64,000 bases of DNA, taken from assembly GCA_951813045.1 (NCBI GenBank), contig CATOTF010000001.1, positions 287,956 through 351,955 of the forward strand. The letters are read 5' to 3'. This document shows positions 47,324 to 56,753 of this stretch, piece by piece. The first letter of the stretch is position 1; each line of letters starts with the position of its first letter. The stretch comes from an uncultured Rhizobiaceae bacterium (GTDB taxonomy: Bacteria; Pseudomonadota; Alphaproteobacteria; Rhizobiales; Rhizobiaceae). The translations under genes were made by a program, and so were the position numbers. The notes beneath the pieces were generated by a model. That model was not told where the DNA came from and searched no databases. It worked only from the letters and a program-made list of their open reading frames with translations.

Positions 47324-48177
47324 GATTTGCGTTTGTCGAAGAACACAGGAAACACGTTCCGGTGGATCGGCTTTGCCATATTCTGAATGTTACATCGCGT
47401 GGTTATCGTGCCTGGCACAACCGCCCTGTTAGTCAACGGCAGCGCGATGACATGGTGGTTCTGGCGCACATCCGTGAACAGCATCACTTGAGCCTTGGCA
47501 GTTATGGTCGCCCGAGAATGACGCAGGAGTTGAAGGAAGCCGGCCTTGCTATTGGTCACCGCCGTGTTGGCCGCCTGATGCGCGACAACGGCATTCGAGT
47601 GGTCAGAACACGCAAATACAAAGCTACGACCGATAGCAATCACCGCTTCAACATTGCGCCTAACTTGCTGGGGCGGAACTTCCAAGCGGATAAACCCAAC
47701 CAGAAATGGGCAGGTGACATCAGCTACATCTGGACCCGTGAGGGCTGGCTGTATCTGGCAGTGATGATCGATCTACATTCACGCCGTGTGGTGGGTTGGG
47801 CTGTCAGCAACCGGTTGAAGAAAGACTTGGCATTGCAGGCTCTCAACCGGGCTTTGGCCCTTCGAAACCCACCGCCGGGCTGCATTCATCATACGGACCG
47901 TGGCAGTCAATACTGCTCTCATGATTATCAAAAACGAATGCGTGAACTGAAGTTTAAAGTGTCCATGAGCCGAAAAGGCAATTGCTGGGACAACGCCGTG
48001 GTCGAGACGTTCTTCAAAACACTCAAAGCCGAACTCATCTGGCGCGGCACATGGCAAACACGACAGCAAGCAACCGACGCCCTGTTCCAATACATCAACG
48101 GCTTTTACAACAGCCGCAGAAGACACTCAGCAATAGGAGGAATGTCGCCCATCAAATTTGAACGAAAAACGAGTTAA
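47320..48177 (+). CDS. IS3-family transposase OrfB (DDE/rve catalytic domain)
   Basis: 285-aa ORF in the -1 frame relative to orfA and open from 47236. DDE region WAGDISYI...HTDRGSQY...GNCWDNAVVETFF. Confidence 0.9.
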   Translation: MRFAFVEEHRKHVPVDRLCHILNVTSRGYRAWHNRPVSQRQRDDMVVLAHIREQHHLSLGSYGRPRMTQELKEAGLAIGHRRVGRLMRDNGIRVVRTRKYKATTDSNHRFNIAPNLLGRNFQADKPNQKWAGDISYIWTREGWLYLAVMIDLHSRRVVGWAVSNRLKKDLALQALNRALALRNPPPGCIHHTDRGSQYCSHDYQKRMRELKFKVSMSRKGNCWDNAVVETFFKTLKAELIWRGTWQTRQQATDALFQYINGFYNSRRRHSAIGGMSPIKFERKTS

Positions 48178-48529
48178 ACGAGAACAGGATGCGGAATTAA
48201 TACGGGACAAGTCCAGTCCGTTCCGGGCATAGGCACAAGGTTCTTTCAATATGAAAACGTGCCACGCTCTTCCAAATAAGAAGAACGCAACGCGCGCATA
48301 TTGATTGATCGATAATAGCAATCGGGTGAAAGAGCTTCAAAACCGGCTCAAATGATACGCCCTCGCGATCTACTCACAGGCGTCGACACTCAAACGTTCA
48401 TTTCCCTTTGATACACCTTCCCAGTCCGCTAATATCTCAAAAACCTGGTTCGATGTTTCTTCGGTTAGGTGCACCATTTCTCCGATTTGTGTCATTTTGA
48501 CTGTAGTCTTTACACGTTTTCTATGAGCT

Positions 48530-49734
48530 CTATGGCGTCAACAAGCGTGTCACAATGGGCACCGTGTCAATTTTCCAAAGATTCTTCATAAGCGAGTCAA
48601 TTTCAATAGGTTCTACTGCCCTTCCTGATAACGCCAAGGAACGAGCTTTAGTGTCCAGTTCTTCCCGGCTCAGCGTATTGCCAGGATCTCCTTTTGGCTC
48701 GTCCACTCGCCCGGTAAATGAGCTTTGGTTTTTTGTCGTGACGGTTACTTTGCCAATCCATTGTTTGGGATAAGCAGTGTCTACTTCGGCGTCGAGTTCC
48801 ATCGTAACACGATCTAAAAATGAAAGCGCAACCTCGTCGTCGAATACAGCTGCAAATTCAGACAGGCCAGCTTTTCGACGGGCTGCAATTAAACCGAGTG
48901 TAGCGGGCATGGAGAATTTTGTCTGGTGAACACTAACGGGATTGGTTACAGACCCCAGCACATCAATTGCACCCTGGTGTACATGGGCGGTAACGTGGGC
49001 GATATCTTGCGGGGCAAGATCTTGCTCCAATACAACCTTTAACAGGGCATCAGCAGCGGGGTGGGTGTGGCGACACGACGCGTGAAACTTGAAAGATGTT
49101 TCAAGGACACACCAGCGATCGCCAAGACCGTGGAGGAGGTATTCAGGATCCGCGTCGCTTGACATGCCAGCAGCCACCCCCTGTTGGCCTTCCAGAATTC
49201 TACTAGCGCCTGTAAATCCTTCACCAGCGACCCAGGCAGCCAGCAAGCCTTCGGCTGCTGACTTTCCTGTATGCAATTGCTTTGAATCAGCTGCATCGCG
49301 GAGAAATTCCCATAGGCCTGCCGATTGAGTACCTGCGGAACCAAAGGCATGCGCCATCTTGTAGTTATCCAGATCATAAATCGACCCGGCAGCAGCTGCT
49401 GCTGCAAATGTTCCCGCGGTGCCTGTTGTATGAAATACTTTATAGTGTGAGCGGCCAAGAAATTCACCAATACGAATTCCAACCTCGTATCCCGCTACAC
49501 AAGCTGTAATAAAATTCTTACCGGATACACCAGTCTGTTGAGCCGCTGCCAATGCGGTGGGGAAGACCACCGCAGCTGGATGAAACACAGATCCATTATG
49601 GACATCATCCTGTTCGGAAATATGGGATGCCGCACCGTTAACGAACGCAGCAAAAAAAGGTGACGTCATTTTGCGGGTCGTCAATATCTCAGATGGCCCG
49701 TCCGAAGGGCCCATAGTCGACGCAAACGCTTCGA
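48530..49734 (-). pseudogene. MmgE/PrpD-family (2-methylcitrate-dehydratase-like) gene, 5'-truncated by IS21 insertion
   Basis: From AAFVNGAASHISEQDDVH onward the protein matches the PrpD family (HTTGTAGTFAAAAA, SFKFHASCRHTHP). The first roughly 60-80 residues are missing. Codons above 49735 in track ORF 48530..50104 read through IS21 DNA. Confidence 0.75.
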
Positions 49735-49843
49735 TGTGAATCCCGGAGACAAAATGACCACAGAAATGGTTGGGTAATCTGACCGTCGCGGAGTAAAATT
49801 CCGCACTCTGACACCTTGTGCTTGTGAGTATTAGGTGGGGAAG

Positions 49844-51343
49844 ATGTATTCTGTGGATTTGTATAGTCGGGTGCGTCGAGCGTGCCATGTGGATGGGAAG
49901 AACAATAGCGAGGTGGCCCGTTTGTTCGGGATTGATCGCAAAACCGTGGCGAAGATCCTGAAGCACTCGGTTCCGCCCGGTTATCAAAGAACGACCGCGC
50001 CTGTTCGCCCGAAGTTGGATCCGTTTGTTGGGATAATTGATCAGATCCTGAAAGACGACAAAAAGGTCATCAAAAAGCAACGGCACACAGCCAAGCGTAT
50101 TCATGCGCGGTTACGGGATGAGCACGGGTTCACTGGCGGGATCACCATTGTCACTGATTATGTGCGTGAGAAGCAAAGACGAACCCAGGAGGTGTTTGTT
50201 CCTCTGGTTCACGCGCCCGGCCATGCTCAGGTCGATTTTGGTGAGACGTTCGGCGTGATCGACGGTGTCGAACGCAAGCTGCATTACATCGCTATATCGT
50301 TGCCGCATTCGGATGCGTTCTTCATGAAGGCGTATCCGGCGGAAACAACAGAAGCCTTCTGTGACGGTCACAATGCTGCGTTTGCTTTCTTCGGCGGTGT
50401 GCCGTTGTCGATGCTCTACGACAACACCGTGATTGCAGTTGCAAAGATCCTGGGCGGTGGCAAACGGATACGCACGAGAACTTTCTCAGAGCTACAATCG
50501 CACTATCTGTTTGAGGATAAGTTTGGTCGCCCTGGCAAAGGCAATGATAAAGGGAATGTCGAAGGCGTCATTGGTTACGGTCGCAGGAACTTTCTCATCC
50601 CAGCCCCACGGTTCGACAGCTTTGATGCCTTGAACGCCTGGTTGGAAGAATGCTGCCTGAAGCGTCAGGATGATGTTGTTCGCGGACATGGTGAGAGTAT
50701 TGGTGAACGATTGCTGAGAGACCTGGACGCGCTGATGGCATTGCCCCCAACGCCATACGACGCGTGTGAAAAGTTTAGCACGCGGGCAACGTCAATCTCG
50801 ATGATCCGCTACCGCAATAATGATTACTCCGTTCCTGTCGCCTTTGCCCATCATGAGGTTCAGGTTCGCGGTTACATCCATGAGGTTGTGATTGGCAGTG
50901 GAACCGAGATTATTGCCCGCCATCGTCGGTCTTATGAGAAGGCAGACATGATCTTCGACCCGCTTCACTATCTGCCCTTGCTGGAACAAAAGGTAGGTGC
51001 TCTCGATCAGGCGGCACCATTGCAAGGCTGGGGTTTACCCGATGCATTTGCGATCCTTCATCGTTTATTAGAAGCCCGCATGGGTAAGGCGGGAAAACGC
51101 GAGTATGTTCAGATCCTGCGTCTGCTGGAAACTTTTGAGCTGGAGCACGTTCACGCCGCAATCCAACAAGCTTTGGATCTGGGTGCCATTGGCTATGATG
51201 CGATCAAGCACCTTATTCTGTGCCGGATCGAGCGGCGACCGCCCAGGCTTGATCTCGACATCTACCCCTATTTGCCCAAAGCGGTGGTCGAGACGACAAA
51301 ACCTGCCAGCTATGCCGTGCTGTTGTCGGAGGCGGCAGCATGA
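49844..51343 (+). CDS. istA: IS21-family transposase IstA
   Basis: MYSVDLYSRVRRA...HTAKRIHARLRDEHGFTGG...VDFGE..., a typical IstA HTH plus DDE. The track ORF starts at GTG 49835. Confidence 0.9.
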   Translation: MYSVDLYSRVRRACHVDGKNNSEVARLFGIDRKTVAKILKHSVPPGYQRTTAPVRPKLDPFVGIIDQILKDDKKVIKKQRHTAKRIHARLRDEHGFTGGITIVTDYVREKQRRTQEVFVPLVHAPGHAQVDFGETFGVIDGVERKLHYIAISLPHSDAFFMKAYPAETTEAFCDGHNAAFAFFGGVPLSMLYDNTVIAVAKILGGGKRIRTRTFSELQSHYLFEDKFGRPGKGNDKGNVEGVIGYGRRNFLIPAPRFDSFDALNAWLEECCLKRQDDVVRGHGESIGERLLRDLDALMALPPTPYDACEKFSTRATSISMIRYRNNDYSVPVAFAHHEVQVRGYIHEVVIGSGTEIIARHRRSYEKADMIFDPLHYLPLLEQKVGALDQAAPLQGWGLPDAFAILHRLLEARMGKAGKREYVQILRLLETFELEHVHAAIQQALDLGAIGYDAIKHLILCRIERRPPRLDLDIYPYLPKAVVETTKPASYAVLLSEAAA

Positions 51344-52116
51344 ACGACACTGTTACCGATACACCGCAAGTTCTACTCAAACATCATCTGACCAAACTTC
51401 GGCTGCCAACCTTCCAGAGTGAATATACCAAACAGGCCCAACAATGTGCCGCTGAGAATAAGGATCATGTCCAATATCTCCTGCGGTTATGTGAGTTGGA
51501 GCTGATTGAACGTGAGCGCCGAATGGTGGAGCGACGCATCAAAGCTGCGAAGTTCCCGGCAACCAAGAGCCTCGACAGCTTTGACTTCAAAACGATCCCG
51601 TCAGTGAACAAGGTGCTCGTGATGGAACTGGCCCGTTGCGAGTACGCTGCGAAACGCCAAAACATCATCGCGTTAGGACCAAGTGGAACCGGCAAAACCC
51701 ATGTTGCCCTCGGCCTTGGACTGGCTGCCTGCCAAAAGGGGATGAAAGTCCGCTTCACCACGGCTGCTGCACTGGTTCATGAGATGATCGAGGCCGTTGA
51801 TGAACGTCGCTTGCAACGGCATCAAAAACAACTGGCAGCTCAAGACCTGCTGATCATTGACGAACTGGGCTTCGTCCCTCTCTCCAAAACCGGGGCGGAG
51901 TTGCTGTTCGAAGTAATCAGCCAACGGTATGAACGCGGTTCCATCATCATCACATCCAATCTACCATTCGACGAATGGACAGAGGTCTTCGGATCAGAAC
52001 GCCTAACGGGCGCAATACTCGACCGGCTGACACACCACGTCCACATCCTGGAGATGAATGGTGAAAGCTACAGGTTGCACCAGAGCCGAAAACAAAAATC
52101 TGTTCAAATCAACTGA
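51340..52116 (+). CDS. istB: IS21-family helper ATPase IstB
   Basis: 258-aa ORF with Walker A GPSGTGKTH and Walker B LLIIDELG. It has an ATGA overlap with istA. Confidence 0.92.
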   Translation: MNDTVTDTPQVLLKHHLTKLRLPTFQSEYTKQAQQCAAENKDHVQYLLRLCELELIERERRMVERRIKAAKFPATKSLDSFDFKTIPSVNKVLVMELARCEYAAKRQNIIALGPSGTGKTHVALGLGLAACQKGMKVRFTTAAALVHEMIEAVDERRLQRHQKQLAAQDLLIIDELGFVPLSKTGAELLFEVISQRYERGSIIITSNLPFDEWTEVFGSERLTGAILDRLTHHVHILEMNGESYRLHQSRKQKSVQIN

Positions 52117-52363
52117 CACTAAACCAGATCAAAAACACAAACGTCCCAAAATCTGGCCAATTTTACTCCGGGATCAAGACCCATTTTAGGCTGGGATTGA
52201 CACCTGCCAAATTAGAACCGCTTTACATTAATCAATAAATCAAACCCATTGTCGTTATATAGAGGGATGCTCGATATAAGCCCAACACAACCACGAGTTA
52301 CGCCCGAAATTGTGGAAACCATCAAGGATTTAGTCAGTTCCAACAACAAACGAAATTCCTGAC

Positions 52364-52390
52364 AAAAACCCCACGCCAAATAACGTGGGG
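52364..52390 (-). terminator. Rho-independent terminator of mscL
   Basis: On the minus strand the stem is CCCCACG-(8-nt loop)-CGTGGGG followed by TTTTT. It lies 41 nt after the mscL stop. Confidence 0.65.
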
Positions 52391-52430
52391 TTCCTCAATT
52401 AGTCGAATGGCCCGTACTTCCGGGGGCCGT

Positions 52431-52856
52431 CTATTTTTGAAGAGCGTCGCGGATTTCAGTCAACAACACAATATCTGCGGAAGGAGCCGCAGGCTCAGCC
52501 GGGGCTTCTTCTTCCTGTTTTTCCATATTCGCCTTTATTTTGTTCACATAACGCACCATCATAAAGATGATGAATGCGATGATGATAAAATTAATAATTA
52601 CAGTGATGAAACTACCGTAGGCCAGCACAGCACCTTGTTTTTTGGCTTCTTCCAGGGAAGTCGCGGTGACTTCCGACGAAAGACCGATAAAGTAATTAGA
52701 AAAATCCAGACCGCCAAAGATTGCACCAACGATGGGCATGATAATGTCGCCAACCAGCGATGCGGTAATGAGCGCAAATGCGCCGCCGATGATCACACCC
52801 ACAGCAAGATCCATGACATTGCCCTTGGCAATAAATTCTTTAAATTCACTCAGCAT
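52431..52856 (-). CDS. mscL: Large-conductance mechanosensitive channel
   Basis: 141-aa ORF starting [27 protein letters not shown], the canonical MscL N-terminus. Confidence 0.95.
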   Translation of the reverse strand: MLSEFKEFIAKGNVMDLAVGVIIGGAFALITASLVGDIIMPIVGAIFGGLDFSNYFIGLSSEVTATSLEEAKKQGAVLAYGSFITVIINFIIIAFIIFMMVRYVNKIKANMEKQEEEAPAEPAAPSADIVLLTEIRDALQK

Positions 52857-53195
52857 AATAGTCCTCTTATAGATAACGCGCCGTTTTCGACGCCACGAAA
52901 TTGAACATCTGCCGCCCGTCCCCCGGTGAGCAGATCTAAGGTTGAGCCCTCTCTAACAAACGACCCAGCGGCTCAATAGCAGAAAACTTACGTTTCGTTA
53001 ACCACCTATCTTTGACGACAATAATTGTCCCATTTTCTGATTTATCCCCGCCATTGCAATGCCATAAACATGCCAAACCATAATTTGGCGAGCGTCATGA
53101 CCGCGGTTGTGTCATCGGTCAAATTCGTCTTCTACTGGACATAAATAGACCTTTGTGGTGTGTAGAGACAGTCGAGCGTCTGCAAGGAGGAGACC

Positions 53196-56100
53196 ATGCA
53201 GGGCTGGGGCATTCTCTTTGCCGCTATCGCATATTTGTTGTTTTTATTCGTTGTTGCCAGCTTTGGCGACAGGCGCAGGGCTTCCAATACTAAAAGACTG
53301 AGGATGGGCCGGCAACGGTCAACCATCTATGCACTGTCGCTGGCGACCTACTGCACGTCCTGGACGTTTTTTGGTTCAGTCGGACTCGCATCGACTTCCG
53401 GGCTCGACTTCCTTGCGATTTATCTCGGCCCGATCTTGATGATTACGGTGGGATATCCGCTATTTCACCACATAATTGCAGTTTCCAAAAGTGAACGCAT
53501 CACCTCAATTGCTGACTTTTTGGCCTCACGGTATGGTAAGAGCACCGCCGTTGGCGCATTGGCAGCCGTTATCGCGGTCCTTGGAACGGTTCCCTATATC
53601 GCGCTTCAGTTAAAAGCCATTTCTGGCGCTGTGGATACGATGATTTCGCAGGTGCAACCAAGCCTTGTTGCCCTTGAAGCCAGCCCCATTAACACGCCCT
53701 TACTCGTATCTGTACTCCTGGCATTTTTTGCCGTCCTTTTTGGAACACGGCACACTGACGCCACAGAGCACCAGGACGGATTAATGCTGGCTGTTGCAAC
53801 TGAATCGATTATCAAACTGATTGCATTCGTGGCGGTTGGTCTTTTCGTGACCCTGTATCTGTTTGACGGAATTGGCGATCTGATCGCATCGGCTGAACAG
53901 TCCAGCTTTGTAGCAAAGCAGTTTCACGCGGGCATCAATCCTTCTAAGTTTCTCGTTTTCACCCTCCTGAGCTTTTGTGCGTTCGTGTTGTTACCACGCC
54001 AATTTCATGTGGGCGTCGTGGAAAATCACTCGGAAGACGAGGTTAAAACTGCACGGTGGATGTTCCCACTGTATCTGGTGTTGATCAATCTGTTTGTCAT
54101 TCCAGTCGCAATCGCGGGCATGCTCACCTTTGGCAATTCTGTTGATGCCGACACTTATGTTTTAGCGCTGCCATTAGAAAATGACGCCATGGCAGTGTCT
54201 CTTTTGGTATTCATTGGAGGGCTTTCTGCTGCAACCGCAATGGTGATTGTGGCGTGTGTTGCGCTTGCCATCATGATTTCAAACAACCTTGTTGTTCCGC
54301 TTCAATTGCGTCTGGAGCGCGCCAATGTTGGCGGTGTTCACCGCAGACACAGTGATATGGCGGACAGACTGCTCAACATTCGGCGCTCCGCGATTTTCGT
54401 TATTCTGGGTCTTGCTTATACCTATTATCAAATCGCTGGGGATTCTGCAGCGTTGGCCTCCATTGGTCTATTGTCATTTGCTGCAATAGCTCAATTCGCC
54501 CCTGCATTCTTTTTGGGGCTCATTTGGAAAAGACCGTCATCAGAAAGCGCTATTTGGGGTATGAGCGTTGGCTTTACGGCATGGTTTTATACGCTCTTTC
54601 TCCCAACTATTCTCAATTCACAATCAAACTTGCTTACAAACGGACCTTTTGGAATTGAATTTCTCAAGCCGCAAGCACTGTTTGGAATTGATGCGGACCC
54701 ACTCAATCACGGGGTAATCGTTTCCCTGTTGGCCAATGCACTAATCTACGCAGCGGTTTCATTGTTGCGAACTCCCCGTCCAATAGAACGCATGCAAGCT
54801 GGTGTATTTTTGCTGGGCAATCGTGACCCTGGTACTTCGATCATCCCAAAGGGCCGATCTATTACCATTGCTGAGCTCAGGCATTCTGTTGCAAATTATC
54901 TGGGTCGTGAACGTTGTGACCGGGCGTTTGATGCCTATTTCCGCCAACGTGGTGGGGAAGTCGATAACCGTGAACTGGCCGATGAGGGCATTATCGCTCA
55001 TGCGGAACAATTACTGGCAAGCGCAATTGGCGCGGCCTCGTCCCGCCTTGTGATGTCGCTTCTGTTACAAAAACATATACCGGGCGAAGAAAACACCATT
55101 CGCCTGCTCGATGATGCCTCGCAGGCACTTCAATACAACAGAGACTTATTACAAACGGCCCTGGATCAGGTTGAACAGGGAATTTCCGTATTCGACAAGG
55201 AGTTCCGTCTGTCGAGCTGGAATCGTCAATTTCGGGTCCTGTTAGATCTTCCACCCGAGCAGGGGCAGGTTGGCATGCCAATGTCAATTCTGTTCGAAAC
55301 CATTGCTGGAAATGTTGAGACGGTCCATTCCGGAGCAGCTGATCTCACCAAGCAATTGTTAGAGACCCACGTTACATCACTTATTACTCTTCAATCATCG
55401 GGAAGGATAATTGAAACGCAATCCAATTCTCTACCGGATGGCGGCCTGGTTATCTCCTGGAGCGATATGACCGAGAAAACCACCGCAGCACGTGCTTTGA
55501 CCGATGCAAATGAATCACTTGAGCGGCGAGTGTGGGAAAGAACCGAAGAACTGACGCGCCTGAACCAGGACTTGGCGAGAGCACGCGAAGAAGCCGATGC
55601 AGCCAATATCGGTAAAACCCGTTTTCTGGCGGCCGTTGGGCACGATATCCTGCAACCTTTGAATGCCGCTCGCCTTTATACTTCCAGCCTTGTCGAGCAG
55701 TTAGACGGCTCATCCAGCCAGCAACTTGCCGACAATGTGGATGATGCACTTGAATCGGTTGAAGATATACTTGGAGCGGTACTGGCGATATCCCGGCTCG
55801 ACGCCGGGGCACTTACACCCAACATCACCACTTTTCCAGCCGAACATCTGCTAAAACGACTGGAAGTCGAATTCAGACCTGTTGCTGATAGCAAAGGATT
55901 ATCGTTCAATGTCATTTCGAACCGATTTCACGTTCGCTCGGACTACAGCCTGCTGCGACGCCTACTCCAAAATCTGGTATCAAATGCCATCAAATACACT
56001 GAAAACGGCACTGTAACGGTAGATACCCGGCTCAAACGCAACGAACTAGTCTTTGATGTGACCGATACGGGTTCGGGCATAGCCGAGCAGGACGGAGATG

Positions 56101-56738
56101 TGATTTTCCAGGAGTTTCACCGCCTCGAAGGCGGCAAGCAGGCCGCCCCCGGACTTGGCCTCGGCCTCTCCATCGTGAAACGCCTTGCCGCAACACTGGG
56201 GCACCAGCTGAAGGTAACAACCAGCCTGGGCAAGGGTTCCATATTTGAAGTGACTGTTCCACTTGTAATAGCCGCGGAAAATAGCAACGTCTTTAACAAT
56301 GACAGACAGACTATCGAACAAAATGTCTCAAATCTGACAATCGTGTGCATCGACAATGATGTGTCGATATTGGATGGCATGAAAACATTGCTGACAGGCT
56401 GGGGTTGCACCATCCATACATTCTCGAACGCGGATGAATTACTGGATGCTGTTGATGGTCTGAGCCCCGACATTCTGCTTGCCGACTATCATCTGGATGA
56501 TGAAGATGGCCTTCAGGTCATTGCAAGAGCTCGATCGTTGCTGCAATCCGACTTACCGTCAATCCTCATCACAGCAGACCGAAGCGCAGAAGTTCGCGAT
56601 CAAGCCAAGGCACTTAATGTAACGGTAATGAACAAGCCACTTAAGCCCGGTTCGTTGCGAGCGTTTTTTAGCGGGATGGGAAAACAATCTGTGGCAGACG
56701 AAGTTGGCTCATCAATTCGCAAACATGAACTGACTTAA
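53196..56738 (+). CDS. Hybrid sensor histidine kinase with an N-terminal sodium:solute-symporter (SLC5) domain, PAS, HisKA/HATPase and receiver (CrbS/MxtR-like architecture)
   Basis: 1180-aa ORF with about 13 TM segments at the N-terminus. The H-box is FLAAVGHDILQPLNAA, the N/G boxes are NAIKYT, DTGSGI and GLGLGLSIV, and the C-terminal receiver has ILLADYHLDDEDG. Confidence 0.85.
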   Translation: MQGWGILFAAIAYLLFLFVVASFGDRRRASNTKRLRMGRQRSTIYALSLATYCTSWTFFGSVGLASTSGLDFLAIYLGPILMITVGYPLFHHIIAVSKSERITSIADFLASRYGKSTAVGALAAVIAVLGTVPYIALQLKAISGAVDTMISQVQPSLVALEASPINTPLLVSVLLAFFAVLFGTRHTDATEHQDGLMLAVATESIIKLIAFVAVGLFVTLYLFDGIGDLIASAEQSSFVAKQFHAGINPSKFLVFTLLSFCAFVLLPRQFHVGVVENHSEDEVKTARWMFPLYLVLINLFVIPVAIAGMLTFGNSVDADTYVLALPLENDAMAVSLLVFIGGLSAATAMVIVACVALAIMISNNLVVPLQLRLERANVGGVHRRHSDMADRLLNIRRSAIFVILGLAYTYYQIAGDSAALASIGLLSFAAIAQFAPAFFLGLIWKRPSSESAIWGMSVGFTAWFYTLFLPTILNSQSNLLTNGPFGIEFLKPQALFGIDADPLNHGVIVSLLANALIYAAVSLLRTPRPIERMQAGVFLLGNRDPGTSIIPKGRSITIAELRHSVANYLGRERCDRAFDAYFRQRGGEVDNRELADEGIIAHAEQLLASAIGAASSRLVMSLLLQKHIPGEENTIRLLDDASQALQYNRDLLQTALDQVEQGISVFDKEFRLSSWNRQFRVLLDLPPEQGQVGMPMSILFETIAGNVETVHSGAADLTKQLLETHVTSLITLQSSGRIIETQSNSLPDGGLVISWSDMTEKTTAARALTDANESLERRVWERTEELTRLNQDLARAREEADAANIGKTRFLAAVGHDILQPLNAARLYTSSLVEQLDGSSSQQLADNVDDALESVEDILGAVLAISRLDAGALTPNITTFPAEHLLKRLEVEFRPVADSKGLSFNVISNRFHVRSDYSLLRRLLQNLVSNAIKYTENGTVTVDTRLKRNELVFDVTDTGSGIAEQDGDVIFQEFHRLEGGKQAAPGLGLGLSIVKRLAATLGHQLKVTTSLGKGSIFEVTVPLVIAAENSNVFNNDRQTIEQNVSNLTIVCIDNDVSILDGMKTLLTGWGCTIHTFSNADELLDAVDGLSPDILLADYHLDDEDGLQVIARARSLLQSDLPSILITADRSAEVRDQAKALNVTVMNKPLKPGSLRAFFSGMGKQSVADEVGSSIRKHELT

Positions 56739-56753
56739 AACACCTGTCCAAAT

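Larger units (their letters stand above)
46985..48215 (+). mobile_element. Apparently intact IS3-family insertion sequence (about 1.23 kb)
   Basis: Imperfect terminal inverted repeats are TGGACTTGTCACGGTTTAGTTCCG (left) and the reverse complement of the right end TGGACTTGTCCCGTATTAATTCCG, about 22/30 identical, with TG...CA termini. It encloses orfA and orfB in the 0/-1 frame arrangement. No flanking direct repeat is seen. Confidence 0.7.
49735..52202 (+). mobile_element. IS21-family insertion sequence (about 2.47 kb)
   Basis: The termini are TGTGAATCCC... (left) and ...GGGATTGACA (right; reverse complement TGTCAATCCC), 9/10 identical. There are repeated sub-terminal CGGAGTAAAATT motifs at both ends, typical of the multi-repeat ends of IS21. 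It encloses istA-istB. The flanks (cgcttcga / cctgccaa) show no target duplication. Confidence 0.7.

Noticed and set aside
48350-48480. A short minus-strand frame (…MTQIGEMVHLTEETSNQVFEILADWEGVSKGNERLSV…) resembling the C-terminal HTH of a Crp/Fnr- or MarR-like regulator, between the PrpD remnant and IS3.
   Set aside because: Only about 40 codons long, with weak similarity and no clear start or stop context. It may be another gene fragment, but that is unsupported.
49735-50104. The N-terminal roughly 120 codons of track ORF 48530..50104, fused to the PrpD-family protein.
   Set aside because: These codons are read-through into the IS21 terminal repeat and the antisense of istA. PrpD-family similarity begins only below 49735.
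52267-52362. A 31-codon ORF (MLDISPTQPRVTPEIVETIKDLVSSNNKRNS) between the IS21 end and the mscL terminator.
   Set aside because: It is too short, has no recognisable homology and is bounded by stops just upstream. It could be the leftover 3' end of a gene deleted by IS activity, but this cannot be supported from the sequence alone.
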